Part shown: positions 1 through 13,005 of the stretch, piece after piece
Layout: every line of letters begins with the position of its first letter
How positions within the stretch are numbered: position 1 is the first letter of the stretch
Notes under the pieces: generated by a model
The model's database searches: none
What the model saw: the letters and a program-made list of their open reading frames with translations, nothing else
What the model was told of the DNA's origin: nothing
Program-made: the position numbers and the translations under genes
Origin: Psammoneis japonica
Taxonomy: Eukaryota
Assembly: GCA_008632985.1 (NCBI GenBank)
Contig: QPGO01000179.1
Location: 62,001 to 126,000 of the forward strand
DNA: 64,000 bases
Direction of reading: 5' to 3'

Positions 1-1192
1 CAAATGTGTTTCGCCAAACCATGCACGCACTTGCACAGCACACACCTTGGTCCACCAAGGGCCCTTTGGAGCCATGTGCAACAACACCTGCTCCATCCAG
101 ACGACCGCAGACCGCAACAAACAAAAGGGGCAAGACATGCAATGGCATGTTCGAGTCCATTTTATGATGGCAATTGTTGGTCAATCATGACACAAGTCAG
201 CGCAGTTGATGCCATTGATTGAATGTCATCTGCATCATAAAAGACAAGGTGAGATGTGGCAGCTCATGTGCAGAACACTTGTGCAACAGATCGGTTGTCA
301 TGGAAGCACTGTTCTTGTGTCGTTTCATCACAAGCGCGGATCACAAAAGGCAGCAAGAGTGGTGTCTGGGGCAAAAGTGGAGCCTCACATGGCCAACAAA
401 AATGTGGCAGATTGAATGTTCATGTTGTTTCCTCCCTTTGTTGCATCTCATGTGAAGAGTGCTGCAATCGCATTGTCATGCTTTTGTTGTGTGGTCACAA
501 ATGCATGCCGCAAGGCATCTGTCGCAAAGGCTGAGGCCACAGCAGAGCCGCACAGCACCAATGTTGACATGGAGAATTCAGTGGAAAAATTCATTCCTCC
601 TCATTCTTCCAGAAGGGGCCACATTGCGTTGATGTGTCGATGCATCATCATCGTGCACAAGGGACAATGTGTCAGCCAAGACCACAGGCTCACGCCAGTT
701 GCATGCTGTGGGTGTTCATTTTTGTGAGTCGTGACGTGTCGTGGCATGATGTGTCATGTGGTGTCTTGTCATGTCGTGTCATGTGCGACAAATTTTGTCA
801 TGTGTGCGACAAATTTTGTTGTTCAAATTTTGTGGCAGAGAAAGTTTTTGCGATGACAAAGATTGCCAAATTTTGTCAAATGCAGCACTCAGTGAAAGGA
901 CATCACCAAAGCACATGTTGTGCATGAATGACATCAAACATTTTGTCGCTGAATTTTACAATGTTTTTGTTGCATTTGTCGCAAACAATTTCAGTTTGTC
1001 ACAATTGCATCTTTTCAAGACAAAACATTGATCCATTTGAGAAAATGTTGCCAAGTGCGACAAAATGCCATGTGTCCCTGATGCACAATCAGGGTGCACA
1101 ATCAGCGCTGAGTTGGCTGAGGGAGCTCATGACGACACACGTCCCATGAGGACTTGCATGCCAACAAAAAAACCAATTGAATGTTCACACTT

Positions 1193-1584
1193 GATGCACT
1201 CCAGGTCCAGGTGGGACCTGGCACTGCTGAGCTGTGACCTCAACAGTTTTTTGAATCGTGCTGCATGTTGCGCATGTGGATTTCTACGTGACTTTGGCAA
1301 CGTTTTGCTTCATTTTGTGGCACACTTGTCGAGCAATCTGCCCAACAACTTTTGACATTTTTTGTTGCAGCACCACTCTGTGATGTCTCAAGAATTGCAC
1401 GGGGCAGGCAAATTTGCAAAAAGGTCAAGTGGCAAGAGGCACAATTGTGCCACAAACTTGGCCACTCATTTGATGTTGAAGATGAACACATCCATTGATT
1501 AAATTCTTGCACTGTGGAGCTCATGTGCAGAATTCTGTGGGCCCAATGTCACGTGGAGTCCCACCTGCGGGGCTGGAACGTGTC
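1193..1584 (+). mobile_element. ~390-bp MITE, copy A (heavily TpA-converted)
   Basis: Colinear with 10033-10421; degenerate TIRs gatgcactccaggtccaggtgggac / gtcccacctgcggggctggaacgtgtc; flanks actt/actc; only 2 TA left. Confidence 0.9.
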
Positions 1585-2129
1585 ACTCCAGACACCTGTG
1601 AAAGCACATCCACTCAAGTGTTTTGTGCGCAAATGCTGCACACACAAGAGACACATGATTTGCGCTCAAAATTGATTGTTGTTTTGTGCATCACCTGGGG
1701 CTGGAACATGTCTTGGGCATGAAACGAGATGGGCTCATGGGGGTGATTCTCTCCACAACATCTGTGCAAAGATTGGTGCACAGTCTGCACCCGGCTCCCT
1801 TTTCACTGGGGTTTTGCTGCAGGCTGCCAGGGTTGGGGTTGGGGTCAGGGTTGGGGCTTGAGCGGACTGAAGAATTTGCCATGTGTGCAATCAAAAACAG
1901 TTTTGTGTGCTTTGGCATTGGCGACAGAGCATTGCATCAACCATGGCCCCCGGTGCTTGGTCTCACTTCTGGAGTTGGCAGCACAATGTCACAACCTTTC
2001 TTTTGGTCTTTCCCTGGTGCACACAACTGCAGGGTTGTTTGTTGCCTTTGACAAGGATGGAAAAAGCAAAGTGCAAAAGGCTGCCAACAGCGTGGAGCAA
2101 ATTCCTTGAAATGGCAAAGACTCCATGAC

Positions 2130-3960
2130 AAAGAGAGAAAGTCACTTTTCAACTGCAGTGCTGGATTGATTTCATTCAGTCTGCAAAATGATTGCCAAGA
2201 CAAGAAATTGACAGCCGTGTGCATGAAGAAACTTTGCGCGCAGGCACCACACCCGGATTTGTTTCATTCAAGGGCTGTTGCTGAGACAAGAAATTGACAG
2301 CGATGCACATGCAAACAAATTGCAGCCAGGCATCACATGTGCGCACCATTGTGCTCCATTTGTGCACCAACACATTTGACAAGAGCTGCAACATCTGGGC
2401 CGCATGCCCTTGTTGATGTGACCAAATGTTTCGAGCCATTGCTGTTTGTCGCTGCTGAGAGTTTGGGGTCTGAAAAGCAATGTGGCTCAATCTTCTTTCT
2501 GTTCAACCCCAAAAAAATTGGTTTGAACCCAGTCAGCTGCATTTCCTGTTGGCTCTGGTTCTAGACAGCTCAGAGCAGGTGGAAACGTGACTTCAGAGGA
2601 CAACAGAGGTGCCGGCTTTGACTGCTCTTCATTCACTTCTGACACCCATGGAGAAAGTGCATCATGGAGTGGGGGTGCTTTGGCCTCCAGCTTTGCTGAC
2701 TCTTGTGCCACCGCAAATGGAGCACCCAGCAGCTTTGGTGTTTCTTGCTCCAAATCTTGGACTTGAGAAGACTTGTGCTGTTTGACCAACACAGACGCAG
2801 CTGCTGCCAGTTCCAAATGTTTTTGCTCTGAGCTCTGAAGCATCTGGGATTCTGGGTGACAAAGCTTGCGGCTCTGATGGCTTTTCTGCTGCCAGTTTTG
2901 CCAACTCTTGTGCCACCACAAATGAAGCACAACCTGGTTTCAACAGCCCTTTTTCTGAATCTTGGACTTGAAAATGTTCCAACTTTTTCACAAAAGCTGA
3001 CAGAGCTGCCAGTTTTGATGGCTCCTCCTTGCCAAACTTGCAGTCACACCCCAGGTGTGGATGGTTTCTCAGAGGCCCTTGCACAGTGGGTTCTTGATCA
3101 AGTTTTGTTGGGCACAACTGCTGAGAACTCTTTGTCTTGGGAGAGACATTGATGGCATGTGACAATTTGAATCTCTTGCCAAACAAGAGCACACAGCAGT
3201 TGACATGGCTGCAGATGAACCGAGAGTGGCGGCATCAGAGTTGGGTCAAATCACTGGTGCTGTTGAGTGGAAGATGTCCTCAATGTGCTTTTTGTGGATT
3301 TCTGTGTTGGAAAGCAATCACCTGCAAGTCCAGAGAAATTCCACTGGTGGAAAGGTCCAAACCATGAATCCCTCCATTGCAAGCAGGGTCTCTTTGTTGA
3401 TGGCCAGCACAAAAAATGACAGTTGCATTGGGCGCTTGTTGGGATTGTTGCTGGAGCATTTACAAGCACACAGACGGAGAGATTTTTGTGCCACAAAATC
3501 AAGCCAAAAGACTGCCAACAACACATTCCTGGCACAATGCTTGAGACTTGTTGACAAAAAGAAGGTCAGTTTTCAATTGCGGCACAGATTGATTTCATTT
3601 GATGCACAGAGAAGGGCAATTGCCATGACAAGAAATCAACAATGTGCAGGAAGGCACCACATCCAGAGGACCATCGCTGCAACAAATAATTGACAGCAAC
3701 AAGTGCAAAGAAAGCACACACCGTCAGCCACACACCAGTGCACTCAACAAGAGAGTCAACATCCGGACCACACTCTTCTTGATGTGACCAAACATTTTCA
3801 AACCTTTGCACTGCAGAAATGTTGTTGTTTGCAATGTCCAAGACAGCTGCCACTGAGAGCTTGGGGTGTGAAGAGCACTTTGACTCAACCTTTTTTCTCT
3901 TTGGCCTTGAAAGAATCAGTTTGAACGTTGTCAGCTGCATGTCCTTCTGGATCTGGTTTC
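2130..3960. repeat. Diverged internal duplication (~2130-2560 resembles ~3565-3960)
   Basis: Shared ordered blocks: ttttcaa..gattgatttcatt, aattgacagc, tgatgtgaccaaa, ctgagag.ttggggt.tgaa, gtttgaac..gtcagctgcat. Confidence 0.55.
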
Positions 3961-6186
3961 ACTGACTCTTGCGCTGCAACAAACAGAGCACCATCTAGTT
4001 TCAACATTTCATGCTCCAAACCTTGGACTTGAGAAGATTTGGACTCGTTTGCCGATGCTGACAGAGCTGCTGCCAGTTTTGGTGTTGCTTCTTCTGAAGC
4101 ATTTGGGGCTTCTCTTGGTGACACAGCCACCGGCTTTGATGGCTCCTTCCAGCCAAACTTGCAGTTGCACCCTTGATGCATCATCAATGTGAACAGCTTT
4201 GTTGGAGGTTTCAAAAACGCTTCCACAGCTGGGACGGAAAAAGCCTGTGGATGCAACAACAGCATGGAAAAGCATTGGCAACATCATTGGCAGCATTTGG
4301 GGGAGAAATCACAGCAGAACTCACATTTCCAATCAAGTGCTTGGCACAATCATTCGCATGGAACCAAACAACATTGGTTTTGCCCTTTGTGGGTGGCGCC
4401 AACTTGAGTGTGACAAAGGACGAGTCATTGAGAGGGTTGCATCTGTGACAATCAATGACACAAAGGTTGTGACATTTCCCTTTGAAAGTGTGGCACTTTG
4501 CATCCAACTCAGCCCTCCACTGGGGGCCTTTGAAGATCTGATGGAGGATGCCAAACAAAACTTTGACTGAGCTGCATTGAAAGATTCAATTGTTTCAAAC
4601 AAGTCTCAAGTGAGATGGCATGGTGTCATCAAACCAGCTAAAAAACTAACCTGGCCCTTCAACATGGGTTTCTGGGAAACCCATGAACTTTTCTTGCTCC
4701 GCCAGCACAGTCAGGGCCCTTCAATGGTGTCGTCCAGTTTGGTCTTTCTGCTTTTTTAAAATGTGCATCCAGAGGGTGTCTGGATCATCAATTTGCACGT
4801 GAGATGCCATCATGCAATTGCACTTGACAACAGTTTCCTTGCACACAATCTGGGCTGGCAAACAGAGCCCTTCTTCCAGACAGCACTCTCAGGTCCCTGG
4901 AGTGGAAAAACAAATGGAACAATCATTTGTGAGTCCACTGAAAGCACAGCAAACAAAAACATGCGACAATCTCAACTCTTTCACTCACCACTTCACTTGC
5001 TGCAGATGCACAGTGGAGATTCTCACATGGGAGGTTTGTCCAAAAGCTCCGATTTCTCCTGGCAGGAGACACGCACATGGAATCAAACTCAACTGGATCA
5101 AAGCATGTGAATCCAAAGGCTTGGCCAATTGCTTCTTGGTCGTCCTTCCCAGTGATGACAATGTTTTCAGCCAGATGCTTGGCTGAATGCATCACAGTTG
5201 CATTGTCAAAGTCTTCAAAAATGTTCATCTGGTCAATGCCATTGATCAAATGGGTTTGACAATGTGACAACGACGTTGGATTTGTCGATGTGTGCTCATG
5301 CCAGGCGAGACAGTGAGAGCTGGCTGCGCCGGCAAGAAAGTTGAGTGAGACAACAAGTGGCGAGCCTTGGATGCACTGATGATGCCATTTTGATTTTCAA
5401 CTCACTTGCCTTTTAATGAACTTGGACCTTAAATCAGTGGGTGCCGAAAATCCGGCAAATGGTGAGTTGATGCGTCGTCTGCATGCAACGTGGTGTCACA
5501 ACAAAGCAAAACGGTGTGTTTCAACATTTCTTGCCAAACTGCACGTCTCCAAATGGATGATTGCAGTGGTGCGTTGATGAGGGTCCAAAGGAGCTTCTGT
5601 TGCAATGGTCCAAAAAATGACGAATGTTTGGACACCTCATCTGCCGCGCCAATGTCATCGTCGGCTCCGGCGGTTTTTTGACAACAAGTTCTCCTGTCCG
5701 TGCCATGTTGTCACTGCGGCGATGGTCTGTGCGCTCATCCGGATCGCGCCTGGGTCACACGGCAGTGCTGGGATCACCTTTCACCAGGTGGAAGGTCCTG
5801 TTGTTTCACATGTCCAAACATCCAATGTCCAATGTGTCTTTTGATTTTTGCCAAATTGTCATCTCACAAACATGGCATCAAACCCTACGATGTAAAACGT
5901 CAAATCTCCCTGTGTGTTGATTGTCAAGACTCAAATTGTCAATGATGTGCGATGCAATGCACTGGCTGTGCGGCATGGCATTTTTGATGCTGAGTGTGTT
6001 CTCTGGTTTCTCCTGAGAGCAGTCCACTGGTCGGAGGCAGACCAGCGTAAAGTGTCATGGGCTGTCTCCGGAACAAATGTGACGATGGAAGGAAAGCGAT
6101 TCATGACATTGTGCATCGGCAGCACGGTCCCGTCACTCACCTCTGCCACTCTTGCAACGGACTGACAAAATGTTGCCACAGCAGCA

Positions 6187-7875
6187 GTGAGTTGCTGGGT
6201 TTCGAGGGCAAAACCCTCCGCAACAGGAGTGCACCGCGGTTCCTGCTGGCAACATCTCGTGCCTCGAGTCTCCGCAGCGCCACACTGCCATCCGCAATTC
6301 TCTCCTCTGCCTGCCCCGCCACTTGTGCACTGTCCCCCCCTGGCATGGGTGGAGACATCCAAACAGCTTCCACGGCCCAAGAAGAGAAAACCCCGTGGGA
6401 AGAAAAAATCCTTCGGAGAACTGCACAAAAAGCTGGAACAGTTTGCAGCTCATCACAGACACTGCCAGGTTCCCAGAGAAGGCGCGGAGGACCCCGAATT
6501 GGCGCGGTGGGACACTGCTCTCAGGAACAAGAGCTTCAAAATTAACAGCAACCAATGCAAGCAGCTAAAGAGTCTTGGATTTGCCTTTGAAAACGCAAAG
6601 CTCGAAACAGATTTCGCAAAGTGGGACACTCGTTTTGAGCAGCTCAGACAATTTAAGGCCTCACATGGCCACCCACACATCACCACTGAGTGGGACCAGG
6701 ACCAACAGTTGACAAATTGGGTCTGCAATCAGAAGGCGGCGCTCAAGAGAAACGAATTGGGTGACCAACGACTGTGGGCACTGCAACAGATTGGATTGTT
6801 GCCATGGCCGTGGGAAGAGGGCAAAGGTGGTGCACTCCCACCAACAGGTCCCAGTGCGCAAATTCCTGAGGGAAGAAGCGGGAACCACAAGCTCACTTCG
6901 ACTCTGGTTGAAGAGCTTTCAGAAGAACTGACAAGTGCAGTTTGCGAGTTGCGCTTTGTGCACAACAAAAGAAAGGACAACTCATTCTGTCCATTCAAAA
7001 CAGCAGACCAACTCAGGGACCACATCAAAAAAGAAGTGGATGATCAGTTTCAAGATCTCTGCAAGAAACTGCACAACACACCGCACACCATGAAATTGCA
7101 CGACATTCCTGCAACAGAGTTTGTTTTGTTGGACACTTCTGCCTTTCAAGAGGACTGTGATTTTTTGGACCCCTCCAATCCTGTTGCCAGGGCCATCTCC
7201 TCCTTTCACAATGAATTAAAAACATGCAAAAGAAATGTCAAGTTGGCTGGACTGAACATGGAACAGATGAGTGCCAATGCAAGCGATGTGTTTCGTGCGA
7301 CATTGGAGCGTGGCTGCCATGGCAAAGAGTGTGACATGGATGACAAGCCAATTCACCAATTCTGCCCTGCCTTCCGATCAACTCAACGAGTGGGTGCTCT
7401 TTTGCTGCAATCGCTGTTGAGCAAAAGTGGAGAGTCCACAGAACTGTTGAGAGATGGAGGCTTGCATTGCTGCAAGCACAACTTGTTTGTCACTCACTCG
7501 GAGAGTTTGCAGGGTGCACACCGTGACAGCAAAGGAATCCCGGGGCCATGGACAGCAGATTTCCCATTGCAGAAAGGAGGAATGAAGCTCAGTCTCTGGC
7601 ACAATTGTGACAAGGAATGCAAGTTTAGCAGCAAACGAGAGCCACCACCAGAAAATGAGGCTGTCGTGTTGGAAATCCCACTGAAGTTCGTTGGGTTCTG
7701 GAGCTCGGCGCAGGTTCATGGCGGTGGTCACGACAGCAGGCTTGGCAACGGTGCTCCTCGGATCCAGCTCTGTTTGCCCTTGACAAAGAGTCAGTGTGGT
7801 TCAATCTTCGGGGACACAACAGGGACCATCTTTGGTGAACGACGAGTTTGCTGTTGCAACTTTGATGGCAGCTGA
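6187..7875 (+). pseudogene. Helicase-associated (HA) domain protein with a possible C-terminal 2OG-Fe(II)-like domain, TpA-converted
   Basis: Two HA-like repeats (KLEQFAAHHRHCQVP..LARW..LKSLGF; WDTRFEQLRQFKASHGH..LTNWVCNQK..LQQIG); later HRD...VHGGG...R; no Tyr in 562 aa. Confidence 0.6.
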
Positions 7876-8126
7876 CACCACAGTCTTAAACACCAGTCGA
7901 GATGCAGTCCTACAACGTGGCATTCACAGGGCGGACAAGACGTTGGAGGTTGGCAGCAACATGAACAGCAACACAGCAAACAGACGCTTGATGAAAGTCG
8001 TTGTCTAAAAATTATGATGAAAGGTCGTTGTTGTGTTTTGAATCCGATTTGTGCACTTGGGCAGTGCGCAGGACCTTGTCAATGAGACCAGGTTGAGCGA
8101 GCAGAAATCAACCCTTGGAAAGCTTT

Positions 8127-8340
8127 TCAGATCTTGACATCAAGAAAGTTGCCAACTTCTCCTTTGTCTCTCAATTCAAATGAGTGGCAATGCTTGTTCT
8201 TGGAGACTCCCAGCTTGCAAATCTCCTCCTCCAGAGCTTCAGCTGATGCACCAGCAAATGCCGTGTTGTCAATGTGCAGGACACACATCATGCCTTCCTT
8301 GAAGTGCAGGCATGGGTCCATGGCTGACACAATGCATGCA
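8127..8340 (-). mobile_element. Ty1/Copia (CoDi-like) reverse transcriptase fragment
   Basis: DPCLHFKEGMMCVLHIDNTAFAG...FELRDKGEVGNFLDVKI matches the Copia DPCLF..YVDD..GE..FLG motif, with Y->H. Confidence 0.75.
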
Positions 8341-8399
8341 ACGGAGGCGGGCATCATCCTCAATCAAGAGTGCATTTGTGGAAGAGTCGCGAGCCAAAG

Positions 8400-9200
8400 C
8401 AAGACCAAGCGGTTGTCTTGCAACTGCCACGTGCCCTCTCACCTTTCTGATGATCCCCTCCGTGCTTGCCAATTCTCGCTGTTGCTGCATTGGGTCTGGA
8501 TCCCAAGGATGACAACAGCCATTGGCACCAGAGCATGTTGAAAGCATTTCCCAGAAGCAAATGACTGTGTGCTCCAAAAATGTTCAGGAAAGTGTTTGGA
8601 CAGCACGCAGTGGACAATGCTTGCTTTCCACTTGACATGGGCGACAACCCACACAGTGCATTTGGTGCAGCCATTGCTGACACACAATGCATGTGTTGGA
8701 AGTGGGTTCCCTCAAATGATGGAGGTGACAGTTGGAGAGATGTCTGCCAAACAGAAAGAAGAATGTGACCGGATTGCATCGGAGTTGTTCCGCACAGCCC
8801 GGTGTCATCCAGGTCAGAGATGTGACTGTCCGCGAATTCGAGCCAACTGGGGAATTTCCACACTTGGTCAACTTGCATGTGATGAGATGGGCAAGCTTCT
8901 TGCACTTGCCATCATTGGTCGCACACCTGCTGGCAGAAATCTGCTGGAAAAGAGGTGCAATCCATCCTTTGACAGCAAAAAGAAAAAAACTGCTGACGGC
9001 TTCAAAGGAAAGAAGCAACAAGAAGAGCAGTTGGCCAAATCATCAGAGAGTGAACCCAAGGAAGAGGACCCTGATTTTGTTGAACCATCCAATGAACAGA
9101 CAGGTGAAACACACACCACCCCTGTTGATGAGAATGTGCCTGACATGCACTGCCCAAAAGAGACATGGTCTGATGTCCCCTGCGATCCATCCGACTGCCA
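8400..9200 (+). mobile_element. Degenerate DNA-transposon-like coding remnant (possibly Plavaka-like)
   Basis: Frameshifted pieces HAVDNACFPLDMGDNPHSAFGA and CPRIRANWGISTLGQL..GKLLAL; family assignment is tentative. Confidence 0.3.
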
Positions 9201-9289
9201 CCTCACTTTGCAATGGCTCCCTGGCCCAGCCCATCAAGGTGCGTGCCTTGTCTGAGTCTTCAATCATTTCCATGTGCTTTGATCTGCAT

Positions 9290-11500
9290 GTCACCACAAC
9301 AGGGTGACATGTGACAGCCAGCAACTGATCATCCATTGGCTCGGCAAGGCACAGATCCATTTCTGAGAGAATCCTCTGGCACAGTTTCCATCCAAAAGCA
9401 GAGAGAGGGTGGCGCACCTTGGGAAGATCACTGCAGGAGGTGTTGGCACTTGGCCAGAACTTGTTGCCTCCACTGAGGTCAACAATCTTCAGTTTGGACA
9501 CATTGGCAATGCAAGCCCATGCAGTCATGCAGTCCATGAGTGACACTGCAATGGCAGCAAGTGTGCCGGCTTGAACTGACATGAAACAATCATGAAGAGG
9601 GCGCAACAAAGCAGCTTTCTCTGCAATGCAGAGCCAGCCCTCCTCCTTCTCAAGAACCTTGCTGTTTGAAGCAGGTCTGTCACCTGCCAACAAAGTGCAA
9701 AGAGTTTGATCTTGTGATGTGACACAAGCAGCTGCTTGCACAGCAGTGACACACCTGCCACTCAAGTGTTGCCAGGCAAAGACACAGCAGTGAGATCCTT
9801 GCGGCTGCCGTGTGCATGCTGAACTGTGACGTCCACAAACTTGTGGTGGCGCACTTTGTTCCTCTTGCCAAACATCCCATCAACTGGCTTCTTGGCTGAA
9901 TTTAGAATCTGCATCGACTCATCAAATGAATCAACCACCACACAGTTCTGTGTCCGCTTGGCAATGCCGGCAGAATGCTTGATGACAAGTTCAATGACAT
10001 GCATCTGCAACAAACGGGACAGCAGCAAACAAGACGCGTTCCAGGTCTAGGTGGGACCTCGTACTACTGAACTGTGACATCGATAGTTTTTTGAATCTCG
10101 TCGTATGTCGCGCACGTAGAATTCTACGTGATTTTTTTATATTTTGTGTCATTTTACGGTACACTTATTGAGCGATCCGTCCAAAAACTTTTGACATTTT
10201 TTGTTACAGCGCGATTCTATAATGTCTTAAGAATCGCGTAGGGCAGGTGCATTTGCAAAAACGTCGAGTGGTAAGAGGCATAATTGTACCACAAACTTGG
10301 CCGTTTATTTGATGTTGAAGATAAATATATCCATTAATTAAATTCTCGTACTACGGACCTCGCACGTAGAATTCTACGGGCCCAATGTCACACGGAGTCC
10401 CACCTAGGGCTGGAACGCGTCACAAGTTAGAGTTGGAACACTGTTGAAACAAGCAGCGCACATTGATGGGCTGCGTGCCTGGCATGTGCCTTTGGTGTCT
10501 TCATCATCTGATGCTGTGACAATGAGGCTGCCAAGAGAAATGGCAGACCAAACAGCACAAGTCGTCCTCTGCAATTCCCAAACAACTGCCTGGCTCCCTT
10601 TTGACAATGTCAGACACAGGCGCTGCTTTGTGAGCAGTGACATCCTCAAGCAGAATGCAGACATGATGATGGGCAAAATTCTCAGGGTCAACAAACGCGA
10701 TGGAAAGTCCGAGCTTGGCTTTGCCATCCTTTCCCCAACAGCCATGCATGACTGAGACAAATGATTTGGGTGCCCCCGTGGCGCGAATGCAGTGAGCACG
10801 GATTTGGTCAAGCATGGCACGAGTCACCTCCACAGCAGCTGCAAAATGACAAAGCATGACATTGTTGTGTCGCACTTGGCCAATTTGATGATCCTTGGTG
10901 TCTTTTAAATCTTTGGCATGATCAATGGCACATGTCATGAGGTTGCAAAACTGCTCACTTCATGCTGCCCGTGCAGAGACATCACTGTCATTGAAGAATG
11001 CAACAACATGGTTCTCATGTTCGTGAATGACCCATGCCTTCTTTTGGCAATGACCTTTGCATTTTGTTGTCAGAGCAGAAGCAGAAGACAATCCTGTGAG
11101 CCCACTCAGTGGAAAAGTTGCTGCCAATGTTGACCCAAATCCAGATGACACATCTGCCATTGTTGGCATGGATGACAGAAGCTTGTGTGTCTTTTTCTGT
11201 TTTCTTTCTTCAAGAAGGATGCTGATTTCAGGATGCTCCTTGTGATTGTTTGTCAAGTGCACCCATGCATTTGCAGTGGCCAGGTTTTTGTTGAGACTGA
11301 CAAGCGCCTGTGCCAAAGGGATGCGTGGGTTCTCAAAGCTCAGCGCACAAATGCATGCATTCTTGCCAGTGTCTTGCATCCTGGAGTGACTTTGTGTCTT
11401 CTTTTGCCCTTCCTGGTCCTCATCAATGAGCTTGCAATGGCGAGCACATTTCCACCATGTCAGATGTTGACTTCTTTCCTGTTGGGGGACCAAGATCCAT
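9290..11500 (-). mobile_element. Degenerate hAT-like transposase interrupted by a MITE
   Basis: N-terminal CICAL..NAWVHL..H (BED-like); SVMHGCWGKDGK..LGLSIAFVDP (D-x-W region); MHVIEL (CxxH region); LPGNT*VAG (TR motif, CGA->TGA). Confidence 0.5.
10033..10421 (+). mobile_element. ~390-bp MITE, copy B (essentially unmutated)
   Basis: TIRs GACGCGTTCCAGGTCTAGGTGGGAC / GTCCCACCTAGGGCTGGAACGCGTC (23/25 match); 4-bp TSD ACAA; internal palindrome CACGTAGAATTCTACGTG; about 31 TA retained. Confidence 0.95.
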
Positions 11501-11759
11501 CACCAACAACTTTTCCTGATTCGCGCGTTGCAGATGAGCATCATCCTGTGCGCAAAACTGCTCTGACAGTTGCTGCATTCATGCCTGGCACTCCCTGCTT
11601 TGCTCATCTTGCTGTTGCTGAGTGGAGGGGGGTTCTGGGTTGTCTGCGCCATTTGGATCCCCATGATTTGAACCGGTTGTCGTTGGTGTTGACATCCCAA
11701 GCGTTGTCACATTGGCTTTGTCATTGTCACGGCAGCACCAACGGACATCGGCGATTGAT

Positions 11760-12045
11760 CGGCATGTGATGACCGAAACTTTTGTGCCAGTGTTTTCCTC
11801 CACACCTGAAGATGTTTCTTTTGTTTCCATCAACAGACATGTCAAACATTCGTGTCTTGATGTGATGACCAAAACTTTTGTGGAAGTGTTTTCCTCCACA
11901 CCTGAAGATGTTTCTTTTGTTTCCATCAACAGACATGTCAAACATTCGTGTCTCAATGTGATGACCAAAACTTTTGCGCCAGTGTTTTTCTCCACACCTG
12001 AAGATTTTTCTTTTGTTTCCATCAACAGACACGCCAAACATTCAC
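11760..12045. repeat. 96-bp tandem repeat, ~3 units
   Basis: The unit atgtgatgaccaaaacttttgtgccagtgttttcctccacacctgaagat... recurs at about 11764, 11860 and 11956. Confidence 0.9.
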
Positions 12046-12529
12046 AGACAGTCAATGACGTTTGACAGCCATGGCTCTAAAACAAAAAACTGTGCTGTCA
12101 ACAATGTTCACTCAACACAGGTGTGTCACAAAAATTGTGACATCAATCTTGCATTTTGCACACAGAGGCGCTTCATCAGATTTGGACAACATTTGTCATG
12201 CAGCCAAGGAACAAACAATTTCTGATGTCAATCAATCGAAACCAATGAAAACACTGGATTAAACCAATGTGTCACCCCCATGATTCCACATGTCCTGCTG
12301 GCTGTTTGTCTCACCAGTTGCTTCCATCAATGCCAAAGCTGATGCATCACCATCAAGAATCTCTTTCAAGGTCTCACTGGCATGTGTGTCTTCTGGAAGA
12401 ATGATTTTGGCACTTTTCAAGAGAGTTTCTTTGTCTGTCTTAGGAGCAAAAATTGTGACATTGTCCATGCGCCACTTGCGGTTCTTGGCATTCATGACGT
12501 GCAGCTCGAATGTTTCATCACCCATCATG

Positions 12530-13005
12530 TCAAACATCCATGTCTCAATGTGATGACTGAAAGTTTTGTGCCAGTGTTTTCCTCCACACCTGAAGATTTT
12601 TCTTTTGTTTCTGTCAACAGAAATGTCAAACATTTGTGTCTTGATGTGATGACCAAAACTTTTGTGCCAGTGTTTTCCCCCACACCTGAAGATTTTTCTT
12701 TTTGTTTCTGTCAACAGACATGCCAAACATTCGTGTCTTGATGTGATGACTGAAAGTTTTTGACCATTGTTTGCCTTCACACCTGAAAATGTTTCTTTTG
12801 TTTCCGTCAACAGACATGTCAAACATTCGTGCCTCACTGTGATGACTGAAACTTTTGTGCCAGTGTTTTCCTCCACACCTGTGGATTTTTCTTTTGTTTC
12901 CATCAACAGACATGCCAAACATTCATGTTTTACTGTGATGAATAAAACTTTTGTGCCAGTGTTTTTCTCCACACCTGAAGATTTTTCGTTTGTCTCCGTC
13001 AATGG
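12530..13005. repeat. 96-bp tandem repeat, ~5 units (same family as 11760-12045)
   Basis: The same unit recurs at about 12548, 12644, 12741, 12837 and 12933. Confidence 0.9.

Noticed and set aside
10033..10421. Classical RIP (CA/TG->TA) acting on copy B
   Set aside because: Invariant Tyr motifs require ancestral TA, other copies show both CA and TG at the same site, and copy B keeps its CpGs and the best TIR and palindrome symmetry.
11760..13005. CRISPR array
   Set aside because: Whole units repeat with no unique spacers, there are no cas genes, and the context is eukaryotic.
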